64,000 bases of DNA, taken from positions 825,540 to 889,539 of the forward strand of contig CAUVWZ020000001.1 in NCBI GenBank assembly GCA_963555835.3. Direction: 5' to 3'. Of the stretch, positions 19,478-27,160 are shown piece after piece. The position numbers were made by a program, and so were the translations under genes. Every line of letters starts with the position of its first letter. Within the stretch, counting starts at the first letter, position 1. A model generated the notes under the pieces. That model saw only the letters and a list, made by a program, of their open reading frames with translations. It was not told the DNA's origin and did not search any database. Source of the DNA: Terriglobia bacterium. GTDB taxonomy: Bacteria; Acidobacteriota; Terriglobia; UBA7540; JAPUME01.

Positions 19478-20083
19478 TTAGCCGGCCCTGCCGACCAGGG
19501 AGAGGAACTCGTCGCGGGTCTGCTTCTTGTCTCGGAACACCCCGAGCATGGCGGAGGTGACGGTAACGGAGTTCTGTTTCTGGACGCCGCGCATGATCAT
19601 GCAAAGATGCTGCGCCTCCATCACCACGCCCACACCCAGGGGATTGATCTTTTCCATCAGCACCTGGGCCACCTGGGTCGTAAGGCGTTCCTGCACTTGC
19701 AGCCGCCGGGCGAAAACGTCCACAAGGCGCGCTATCTTGCTGAGCCCTATCACCTTGCGGCTCGGGATATAGGCCACGTGGCACTTGCCGATAAACGGAA
19801 GCAGGTGATGCTCACAGAGGCTGAAGACCTCGATATCCCGGACGATGATCATTTCGTCATGGGTTACCTCGTAGAGGGCGCCGTTCAAGACCTGGTCCAC
19901 GTCCTCCTGGTAGCCCTTGGTGAGGAAGCGAAGTGATTCGGCGACACGGCGAGGTGTGCGCTCCAGTCCGTCTCGATCCGGGTCCTCACCGAGTTCCACC
20001 AGCAGATTCCGAGCGAGGCTTTCCAGCCGATCGTCCTCTTTCCCGGTCGATAAGAGAGTTTCCGAAAGATTCTCTGTATTCAT
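19478..20083 (-). CDS. folE: GTP cyclohydrolase I
   Basis: 201-aa ORF with [20 protein letters not shown] and QERLT motifs of FolE type 1. Confidence 0.9.
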   Translation of the reverse strand: MNTENLSETLLSTGKEDDRLESLARNLLVELGEDPDRDGLERTPRRVAESLRFLTKGYQEDVDQVLNGALYEVTHDEMIIVRDIEVFSLCEHHLLPFIGKCHVAYIPSRKVIGLSKIARLVDVFARRLQVQERLTTQVAQVLMEKINPLGVGVVMEAQHLCMIMRGVQKQNSVTVTSAMLGVFRDKKQTRDEFLSLVGRAG

Positions 20084-20135
20084 GATAGCGACTCCAATCC
20101 CACCCAGCGCCAGGGTTCCCGGCGTCCGTCAACGT

Positions 20136-20561
20136 TCATTCGGTATATTCAAAAGAATTGGCATAGGTTTCCTCCATTCGAATCCGTGCCAATGTAACTT
20201 CTCTGCGGGGACACTCCTTTTCCATGCGAACCTTTAACAGGCGGTAGATCTCCCTGCAAAGATTTTCTGTGGTGGGAATCTGGGTGCGGAAATTTTCCAC
20301 GTCCTGATTCAGGTGGGTATGATCGAACCGATCCACGACTTCCTCCCCCACCCAGCGGTCCAGCTTGCCAAGGTCAAGAACCATGCCGGTTTGCGGGTCC
20401 ACCGGCCCGGCAACGGTCACCTCCACCGCGTAGTTGTGCCCATGCCCATAGGGGTTATTACACTTCCCGTAGAGGGCCGCATTCTCCTCACTGCTCAACG
20501 CCCCATTATGCAGGCGATGCGACGCCGAGAAGCGGTACCGACGTGTCAGGTAGACTTTCAT
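20136..20561 (-). CDS. 6-pyruvoyl-tetrahydropterin / 6-carboxytetrahydropterin synthase family (PTPS/QueD), paralog B
   Basis: 141-aa ORF with FSASHRL and GKCNNPYGHGHNY (Cx3HGH zinc/catalytic motif). It overlaps paralog A by 4 nt. Confidence 0.85.
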   Translation of the reverse strand: MKVYLTRRYRFSASHRLHNGALSSEENAALYGKCNNPYGHGHNYAVEVTVAGPVDPQTGMVLDLGKLDRWVGEEVVDRFDHTHLNQDVENFRTQIPTTENLCREIYRLLKVRMEKECPRREVTLARIRMEETYANSFEYTE

Positions 20562-20965
20562 TCCCCTAAGTAATCCACGAAAAGGTCCGTCGTCTCATAG
20601 AGGCGAACCCGGTGAAGCTTCCCGACCGAAAGTTTCCCTTTCAAACGGTTCCAGATCTCCAGCGCAATGTTCTCCGTTGTAGGGATCTTCTCGTCGAAAA
20701 CGCGGACCTCCTTGTTCAGAAACTTGTGATCGAAGGGCTGCAGGACTTCCTGCTCCAGCAACGCCTTCAGGTCTTTCAAATCTATTACCATGCCGCTTCT
20801 CTCGTCCACCTCGCCCGAAACCGTCACCTCGACGACGTAATTATGACCGTGTCCGTGGGGATTGTTGCACTTGCCGAAAAGTCGCCGATTCTCCTCCGCG
20901 CTCATCTCCGGGTTGTGGTAGAAGTGTGAAGCGGAAAACTCAGCCTTGCGGGTCAAGTAGACCAT
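20558..20965 (-). CDS. 6-pyruvoyl-tetrahydropterin / 6-carboxytetrahydropterin synthase family (PTPS/QueD), paralog A
   Basis: 135-aa ORF with FSASHFY and GKCNNPHGHGHNY. It is the first gene of the minus-strand cluster. Confidence 0.85.
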   Translation of the reverse strand: MVYLTRKAEFSASHFYHNPEMSAEENRRLFGKCNNPHGHGHNYVVEVTVSGEVDERSGMVIDLKDLKALLEQEVLQPFDHKFLNKEVRVFDEKIPTTENIALEIWNRLKGKLSVGKLHRVRLYETTDLFVDYLGE

Positions 20966-21054
20966 TAAAACCTCGAAGCCGGATAGCTCCGGCCCTTCCA
21001 GTGTATTTGAGTTCCCCTGAGATAGGTCCAGGCGGAACTCCCGAGAAACAGAAC

Positions 21055-21105
21055 AAAAAGCACGGTGCCCCGCACCACAGACAAAAAAGGTCCGCCTGCG
21101 GCGGA
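21055..21105 (-). promoter_or_regulatory. Two tandem terminator-like hairpins (each followed by a T-run on the minus strand) in the region upstream of the PTPS-PTPS-folE-SDR cluster
   Basis: Read on the minus strand: TCCGCC-gca-GGCGGA then CCTTTTTTG (21091-21105 plus A-run 21083-21088). The second is GGTGC-ggg-GCACC then GTGCTTTTTG (21064-21076 plus A-run 21055-21059). Confidence 0.4.
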
Positions 21106-21147
21106 ATCTTCCTACTCAAGACGAAATCTCATTATAATGGAACCACC

Positions 21148-21687
21148 GTGAGTAAAGCGAGTCTGCTCAAAACAGCGGCCTTTCTGATCCCCCTGGCGGG
21201 GCTACTCTATTTCGGGATCACCGAGGATCCCTACCGCCCCGTCGAGAGCGGTGAACCGGCTCCCGACTTCTCGCTGCCCACGCTGGCGGGAGGGTCCCTT
21301 GAACTTGCTCAATTCCAGGGGAAGCTGGTGGTGCTGAATTTCTGGGCCACGTGGTGTCCACCCTGCGTGGAGGAAATGCCCAGTCTCGAGCGCCTCTCCC
21401 GGCAGGGAGCAGAAAGAAATTTAGAGGTGGTAACCGTAAGCGTTGACCAGGACCTCTCCGTCCTTCAGGATTTCATCGCCCAGCATGAATTAACCCTGCC
21501 GGTGGCCAGCGACCCTCAGAGGCAGGTAGCCGTCCTTTATGGCACCTATAAGTACCCGGAATCCTATATCATCAGCCCCCAGGGAATCGTCCACGACAAA
21601 ATGATCGGCGCCATCGACTGGGACGAGGCTCGCATCCGGGAGCACCTGTTTTCCCTGGCCAATGGGACACAGGCAGCGCAGTTTTAA
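21148..21687 (+). CDS. TlpA/ResA-like thiol:disulfide oxidoreductase (thioredoxin fold, membrane-anchored)
   Basis: ORF 20926..21687. Likely GTG start at 21148 (VSKASLLKTAAFLIPLAGLLYF anchor). Motif VLNFWATWCPPCVEEMP. Confidence 0.8.
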   Translation: MSKASLLKTAAFLIPLAGLLYFGITEDPYRPVESGEPAPDFSLPTLAGGSLELAQFQGKLVVLNFWATWCPPCVEEMPSLERLSRQGAERNLEVVTVSVDQDLSVLQDFIAQHELTLPVASDPQRQVAVLYGTYKYPESYIISPQGIVHDKMIGAIDWDEARIREHLFSLANGTQAAQF

Positions 21688-21772
21688 GAGTAAAGGCAAA
21701 CCTGAGGAGAGACGGGCGTCCTCATTACCGGCAATCTCCGAATGGAATCGAAGTTAGAATTAACGAACCCGT

Positions 21773-21985
21773 ATGACTGCCGTCGAAATAAAAATCAAAC
21801 TTCAGCGCACGCTTGAACTTGCCGAAGTCGAAGGCCTCAGCCGCCTATCCACGGTTTACGGCATCCGCAGGATGCGCGCGGATGGGCAGGAGCTTTTGAT
21901 CGAGTTCGATGCAACCCGGATGAATGAAGCGGAGGTTCTTGCGCTGGTGCGCGGAGCCGGGCTTCCGGCAGAATCGGCAGGATAG
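21773..21985 (+). CDS. Hypothetical 70-aa protein (beta-alpha-beta-like, HMA-fold-like but without CxxC)
   Basis: Track ORF only: MTAVEIKIKLQRTLELAEVEGLSRLSTVYGIRRMRADGQELLIEFDATRMNEAEVLALVRGAGL. No motif recognised. Confidence 0.35.
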   Translation: MTAVEIKIKLQRTLELAEVEGLSRLSTVYGIRRMRADGQELLIEFDATRMNEAEVLALVRGAGLPAESAG

Positions 21986-22035
21986 ATTCCCTGCATGCTG
22001 TAGAGGCTTCCCAGGGATCGGGGCGGACGCGGCTG

Positions 22036-22425
22036 CTACTTGATCACCTTGTCCGCGGCGGCAACATCCGATACGGCCAGCGCGATGACGGCTTCCTTGG
22101 TTCCTTTCGAAACACTCCCGTAGGCGTAGTGGATGTCGATGCCCTTTTCGGCAAGCTTGCGGGTCATTCTCCCCAGGGACCCCGGCCGGTCCGACATTCG
22201 TGCGGCGATCACCTCTTCCGTGGTGTATTGGAACCCGAGTTCCTCCAGGACTTTTTGTGCCGTCGCGAGGTTGTTTACCAGCATCCGAACCGGCGCAGTG
22301 GCCGCCTGGTCCGGTACCATCAGAGCCTTGATGTTGACCGCTACTCTGGCAAGCTCAGAGCAGAGTTCCGCCAAAACACCCCTCTCGTTTTTCATTCTCA
22401 CCGAGATCTGCTTGACAATCGCCAC
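22036..22425 (-). CDS. ACT-domain (amino-acid-binding) protein, tandem ACT
   Basis: 129-aa ORF with two ACT-like repeats (ISVRMKNERGVLAELCSELA... and RMSDRPGSLGRMTRKLAEKGIDI). Confidence 0.7.
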   Translation of the reverse strand: MAIVKQISVRMKNERGVLAELCSELARVAVNIKALMVPDQAATAPVRMLVNNLATAQKVLEELGFQYTTEEVIAARMSDRPGSLGRMTRKLAEKGIDIHYAYGSVSKGTKEAVIALAVSDVAAADKVIK

Positions 22426-22686
22426 CCGACACCCCCTTCCGGATTGTGGAAACCTTCCTCCGCAAGATTGAAGAAGGTTCCGATTCTCTTATGCGCGCAT
22501 GAGCAGGGTTCAGTGTGCTTCAGACTCTACACGGAATCACTTCCCCTCGCAATCCTCAAAAAAGGCCGATGGCGGCCCGCGGATTCTCTCTCCCATTCTT
22601 GAACCGTATCTCGACTCCCTCAATTCGGAAACGAGCTTGACGGGAACTCTTCCATGCGCGAAGCTGGAAGTTCCAGGGCTATAACG

Positions 22687-23967
22687 ATGAATCCATCTAA
22701 TCCTCTGCCCGCATTCCACCGCCTGAAGAGGACGGGGCCGGCAATGGCCGCATTGCCTCAGCTCGCCCAAACGGTCCGGGAAGCTCTGGCAGCGTTGAAA
22801 ATGGAGCGTGAAAAGCTTCAGGGAAAGAACATCGCCCTAACCGTCGGCAGCCGCGGGATTGCAAACCTCTCTCTGCTGGTTCGGACCGTGGGGGAGTGGT
22901 TGAAAGCTTCCGGGGCGCGACCCTTCATCGTTCCCTCCATGGGGAGCCATGGGGGCGCAACACCTGAGGGCCAGCGGAAAGTGCTGGCCGATTACGGCAT
23001 CACCGAAGAAGAGTTGGGCATCCCCGTGCGCTCTCAGATGGAGGCCGTTCACCTGGGAAACACGCCCGAGGGGTTCGATGTCTTTATGGACCAGCTGGCT
23101 TATGAGTCGGACGGCGTGGTGGTATTCAACCGCATCAAAACCCACACGGACTTCAGCGGCCGGATTGAAAGCGGCTGGCTCAAGATGCTGGCGATCGGGC
23201 TCGGCAAGGTGCAGGGCGCAAGGACGTGCCACCGCTACTGCCGCCAGTACGGCTACGAGAAATCCATCCGGGCCATGGGAAGCTGGTCGCTCGCGAGCGG
23301 AAAGATTCTTTGCGGAGTCGGTGTGATTGAAAATGAGGAGCACGAAATTTGCGCTGTTCGGACCGCCCGGCCGGACCAGTTGATCCAAACAGAAGAGGAA
23401 GCTCTGATACTGGCTCGGAAACTCCTTCCGCGGCTTCCGTTTCGGAATATCGACCTGTTGATCGTCGATCAGCTCGGCAAGAACATCAGCGGCACCGGAT
23501 TCGACACCAAGGTGATCGGGCGCGGCGTGCCACTGGAACCGAATGAGGCACCCGAGATCAAATTGATCTACCTGCGGGATATTACTCCGGAGAGCGAAGG
23601 CAACGCCCTCGGCATCGGTATGGCCGACTTTATGCACGAGCGCTGCTTCCGCAAGGTCGACCTCAAGAAGACCTACATCAACACGCAGGCGGCGCTCAAT
23701 CCGCCCATGGGCTTTCTGCCCATGCACTTTCCCTCGGATGCGGAAGCGGTGCGGTTCGCCCTGAACGTGCTGGGGGACAGGGACAAGAGCCACAGCCGCG
23801 TCGCCTGGATCAAGAACACACTGCTGCTGAGCGAAATTCTTGCCTCCGATGCGCTCCTGACTAACGGTCCCTCCTCAGGGGTTTACCTCAGCGCACAATC
23901 TACAATCACTCCATCCTTCGACGCGGAAGACAATCTCGTATCCGGTTGGGAGGGTTCGAATGAATAG
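22687..23967 (+). CDS. Conserved protein of uncertain function (LarA-N/DUF2088-like by recollection); its 3' end carries the left copy of the cassette direct repeat
   Basis: ORF 22654..23967, likely start MNPSNPL at 22687. Conserved-looking blocks are PSMGSHGGATPEGQ, NRIKTHTDFSG.IESGWLKML and GLGKVQGA. The family assignment is from memory and not certain. Confidence 0.5.
   Translation: MNPSNPLPAFHRLKRTGPAMAALPQLAQTVREALAALKMEREKLQGKNIALTVGSRGIANLSLLVRTVGEWLKASGARPFIVPSMGSHGGATPEGQRKVLADYGITEEELGIPVRSQMEAVHLGNTPEGFDVFMDQLAYESDGVVVFNRIKTHTDFSGRIESGWLKMLAIGLGKVQGARTCHRYCRQYGYEKSIRAMGSWSLASGKILCGVGVIENEEHEICAVRTARPDQLIQTEEEALILARKLLPRLPFRNIDLLIVDQLGKNISGTGFDTKVIGRGVPLEPNEAPEIKLIYLRDITPESEGNALGIGMADFMHERCFRKVDLKKTYINTQAALNPPMGFLPMHFPSDAEAVRFALNVLGDRDKSHSRVAWIKNTLLLSEILASDALLTNGPSSGVYLSAQSTITPSFDAEDNLVSGWEGSNE
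23934..23953. repeat. Left copy of a perfect 20-bp direct repeat TCTCGTATCCGGTTGGGAGG (attL-like)
   Basis: Exact match to 24922-24941. It lies in the last codons (NLVSGWE) of the 22687..23967 CDS. Confidence 0.95.
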
Positions 23968-24005
23968 TGCACTGGAATCAACCTAATAAGAGATAGTAAA
24001 CGTGC

Positions 24006-24422
24006 ATGAATCGTTCAGATTTACAAAAGCTAGCCTCCTTGCGCATTAAAGACGCAAAGACTTTACTCGACAATGATCGCTACGAGGGATCTTACTATTT
24101 AGCGGGATACGCGGTGGAATGCGCACTTAAGGCCTGTATTGCTAAGAAGACCAAACGCTTTGATTTTCCAGATAAAGAGCTTGCCAATAAGAGTTACACT
24201 CATAAGTTAGGGGACTTGGTCAGGCTGGCTGGAATGGAAGGTGAGCTCCGGAAAGCAGAGAAATCCAGTAGAGAATTTGAAGAGAACTGGGCTGTCGTCA
24301 AAGACTGGACTGAAGAGCATAGGTACCATACCGATATTTCAAAGAAATTGGCAGGGGACCTTTACTCTGCCATTGTCAGTAAGAAATATGGGGTATTAAC
24401 ATGGCTGAGGAATTCCTGGTAA
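24006..24422 (+). CDS. HEPN-domain protein (classical PF05168-like four-helix type), candidate toxin/effector
   Basis: 138-aa ORF with GSYYLAGYAVECALKACIAKK, YTHKLGDLVRLAG and DWTEEHRYHTD, matching the HEPN pattern (A.E..LKA ... H.L..L ... E.RY). Confidence 0.75.
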   Translation: MNRSDLQKLASLRIKDAKTLLDNDRYEGSYYLAGYAVECALKACIAKKTKRFDFPDKELANKSYTHKLGDLVRLAGMEGELRKAEKSSREFEENWAVVKDWTEEHRYHTDISKKLAGDLYSAIVSKKYGVLTWLRNSW

Positions 24423-24808
24423 AAAATTCTCTAACATCCAGCATGTTAGAAGCAGGCAAGGAACTCACGAGACGCCTTGACCGTGTGGGTTTCAAAGCGG
24501 TGGCTTCATTTTGGCTCTATAACTTGGAAACTAATGAGTGGCGCCTGGTGCTCGCATCCCATCAAGTTGATCGCAAGGGTCCCAAGAAGGCTTACAGCAC
24601 AATCCTGAATGCCCTCTCTAAGAAACCGTCGGAAGAGGTCATCGGACTCAGCCTGCAAAACATCACTCTTACCAGCCCTCTCGATCCACTCATCAAGTCA
24701 CTCAGAACTGCTCTTCGAACGGGAAAGGCATTGTCGGACATCAGGTTCTCTCGCAACAGGATCAACGATCTTTTCATAGAGGACGCATACATCTACCGGG
24801 TCCTATGA
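24401..24808 (+). CDS. Uncharacterised 135-aa protein, overlapping partner of the HEPN gene (not a recognisable MNT nucleotidyltransferase)
   Basis: The ATG at 24401 lies inside the HEPN ORF (22-nt overlap, different frame). Sequence MAEEFLVKNSLTSS...WLYNLETNEWRLVLASHQVDRKGPKKAYSTILNAL...IEDAYIYRVL. No GS..DxD, HTH or RHH motif seen. Confidence 0.6.
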   Translation: MAEEFLVKNSLTSSMLEAGKELTRRLDRVGFKAVASFWLYNLETNEWRLVLASHQVDRKGPKKAYSTILNALSKKPSEEVIGLSLQNITLTSPLDPLIKSLRTALRTGKALSDIRFSRNRINDLFIEDAYIYRVL

Positions 24809-24921
24809 TTTCAGGTGCCAACCCCTTAAAGTGAGGTCGCACTAGCGGCAAATTGTCTCTGACACCGAACGGCGCGTGATACCAAGCGGGACAGGATTGG
24901 TTTCAGGAACCCGGGGAGGAG

Positions 24922-24941
24922 TCTCGTATCCGGTTGGGAGG
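24922..24941. repeat. Right copy of the perfect 20-bp direct repeat (attR-like)
   Basis: Exact match to 23934-23953. Reading on from it gives GAG GCA GAA CAA GCT CCC TGA, an alternative short C-terminus (EAEQAP-stop) for the upstream gene. Confidence 0.95.
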
Positions 24942-25028
24942 CAGAACAAGCTCCCTGAGGCCGGTTTTAGGCGCCGCCCGTAACGGTCGGGATATTCCAT
25001 CAAGTGATCAGGAGGGTCCACGATTCGA

Positions 25029-26003
25029 ATGCAATCTGTTTCCATCCAACCGGCAAGATACGGGATCAGCCTGGCGGGGCTTGTCTTCCTGCTGCTGGTC
25101 TCGCCGCAAGTTGCAGCCGGGGCCGTCGAATGCTTTTCGGTTCCGAGCGAAATCCTGGGCCGCGACGTATCCTACTGTGTGTCTCTGCCGGGCGGCTACC
25201 AGGACTCGACGCGCCGCTATCCGGTGCTCTATTTCCTGCACGGTCTTTTTGAGGAACCCACCAGCTGGGAGGAGCGCGGCGGCGAAGCGATCCTCGAGAA
25301 ACAGAGGCAAGAGGGAAAACTGAGAGATTTTGTGCTGATCCTCCCCGACGGCGGTAGGAGCTTCTACATCAACTCTCACGACGGCAGCGTCGGCTACGAA
25401 GACTTTTTCATTCAGGAGTTTATTCCCTGGATTGACCGAAACTACCGGACCCTGGCGAATGCGGACCACCGCGCGGTGAGCGGCACTTCGATGGGAGGCT
25501 ACGGGGCCCTGCACCTGGGCATGAAGTATCCGCATCTTTTTGGAGCCGCAAGCGCCCACAGCCCCGTACTGGTAACCCAACCCGCGCAACGGGCAAGCTC
25601 TCTTACCGCGCCGCGCCCCAGGAGCAGAAGAATTCAGGAAGAGAACGGCAATCGCAGCGGTCGTGGCAACCGGGGAGGTCGAGGAGGCCGCGGCGGCAAC
25701 TGGAGAATGAGAGCGCTTGAGGGCGCCTTCGGGTCGCCGCCCGACTGGGCCTATTGGCGGGAGAATGATCCGTTGGTTCTTGCCGAACGGCCGCAGGGGT
25801 TCTCACAGCTCAAGCTGTACTTCGACTGCGGGGACGAGGACCGCTACGGATTTGACGAAGGTGCGCGCGAATTGCACCGCGTCTTAGAAGCCAACGGCTT
25901 TGAGCATGAATATGCCATTCGGCCCGGAGATCATGGGTGGAGCTTTCTCGAGCGATATCTGGAAATTTCGCTCCAATTCCATTCAACGCATTTCGCAGAT
26001 TAG
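25029..26003 (+). CDS. Secreted alpha/beta-hydrolase, esterase-D/putative-esterase family, with an Arg/Gly-rich insertion
   Basis: 324-aa ORF with a signal peptide, YPVLYFLHG and the nucleophile elbow GTSMGGYGAL. The insert ...RSRRIQEENGNRSGRGNRGGRGGRGGNWRM... lies between core blocks. Confidence 0.8.
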   Translation: MQSVSIQPARYGISLAGLVFLLLVSPQVAAGAVECFSVPSEILGRDVSYCVSLPGGYQDSTRRYPVLYFLHGLFEEPTSWEERGGEAILEKQRQEGKLRDFVLILPDGGRSFYINSHDGSVGYEDFFIQEFIPWIDRNYRTLANADHRAVSGTSMGGYGALHLGMKYPHLFGAASAHSPVLVTQPAQRASSLTAPRPRSRRIQEENGNRSGRGNRGGRGGRGGNWRMRALEGAFGSPPDWAYWRENDPLVLAERPQGFSQLKLYFDCGDEDRYGFDEGARELHRVLEANGFEHEYAIRPGDHGWSFLERYLEISLQFHSTHFAD

Positions 26004-26167
26004 AACCCCGCGATTTTCGGGCCAACGTGCGGAAAGTAATTTGCGTCTAATAGTAGATTGCGGGTACAGGATACGGGAAATACCGGGATGACCCTGAATC
26101 CTTAGGCCCGGTGAGGGCGAGTGGAAATTCAATTCTCATCGGCACAAACTTTATTCAGGAGCCCCTA

Positions 26168-27103
26168 ATGCCAAGATTGACCAGGAAATTTCGAGTCTCC
26201 TGCCCCTTATTGCCCCTATTGCCATTATTGCTGATAGCGCTGGTTGCGGGGGCATGGTTTCCGCTCCCGGCGCAAGAAACCGTTGAGGGCAGAATTCTGG
26301 GACACATCCGCGAGACCCTGACCTCAGGCCAACGCCTGCTCGTGACCGATCTCTATGAAAAGGTATTCACCAAGCCCGAGGAGCGACAGGTGCTCGACAA
26401 GCTCTATCGCGCTTTCTTCCGTATTCCCCTGTTCCTGTTGGATTACAAGGATAAGCTGGACCGCTACCCCACGCTGGAAGAGATCGCTTCTCAGTTCGCC
26501 CTGGAGGGCCCACGCTCGGCGGAGGTCCTGCTGGGTGTGATGGAAGCCGACCCTCGAGTCCCGGATTTCATCGAACGGGACGCGGACTCGGGAGAGATCA
26601 TCAACATTGACGCCGAAAAGGTGAGGGCCGATCGGCGATTCTCCTCGCCTCTGGTACGCCGACTGGCGGGATGGGAAGGGCAAGCCGCCACCCTCGATCT
26701 CGAAAAGCTCGGCGGGGGCAGGGTGCAGCTGGCCGAATTCGAAGGCCGCCCCTTCCTGCTTTATGTCTGGTTTACCGGCTGTCCCCCCTGCATGGCCACG
26801 ACCCCGGACCTCGTAAAGCTCCACGCCAAATTTGGCGAAAAGGGCTTCACGGTTGTCGCGGCGAATGCCGACCGCTACCTTCAACTCGGCTACGAAGACG
26901 AAGTGATTCATCGTTACAGCCGGGAGCAGGAAATCAACTTTCCCGTGGTCCATTGGAATGCCGAGATGGACCGCAACTACGGGAGCATTGCCATCTTCCC
27001 GACCATGTTCCTGGTGGACGGAGATGGCACCATCGTCCGGCACTACGTCGGCTACCAGGAGCCGGAACGGTTGGAGGCGGATGTGGAAGCCCTGACGGGC
27101 TAG
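26168..27103 (+). CDS. Thioredoxin-fold (TlpA/redoxin-like) protein with an uncharacterised ~190-aa N-terminal domain
   Basis: ORF 26111..27103, start MPRLTRKF at 26168. It has a signal/anchor and the C-terminal redoxin domain FLLYVWFTGCPPCMATTPDL. Confidence 0.7.
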   Translation: MPRLTRKFRVSCPLLPLLPLLLIALVAGAWFPLPAQETVEGRILGHIRETLTSGQRLLVTDLYEKVFTKPEERQVLDKLYRAFFRIPLFLLDYKDKLDRYPTLEEIASQFALEGPRSAEVLLGVMEADPRVPDFIERDADSGEIINIDAEKVRADRRFSSPLVRRLAGWEGQAATLDLEKLGGGRVQLAEFEGRPFLLYVWFTGCPPCMATTPDLVKLHAKFGEKGFTVVAANADRYLQLGYEDEVIHRYSREQEINFPVVHWNAEMDRNYGSIAIFPTMFLVDGDGTIVRHYVGYQEPERLEADVEALTG

Positions 27104-27160
27104 CCCATTACCCTTTTAGCAGAATTTTTCCAGCATGGAGAACACAGGAGGAAACACAAG

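Larger units (their letters stand above)
23954..24921. mobile_element. AT-rich inserted cassette (islet) carrying only the HEPN gene pair; no recombinase inside
   Basis: Bounded by the 20-bp direct repeats. Base composition is visibly AT-richer than both flanks. The gene content is foreign to the surrounding metabolism genes. Confidence 0.55.

Noticed and set aside
19428-19784. N-terminal 119-codon extension of the SDR ORF (track ORF 18708..19784).
   Set aside because: The extension overlaps folE on the same strand in another frame and is Arg/Pro/Gly-rich. The canonical SDR N-terminus (MRRLEGKVALVTGASRGIG) begins at 19427.
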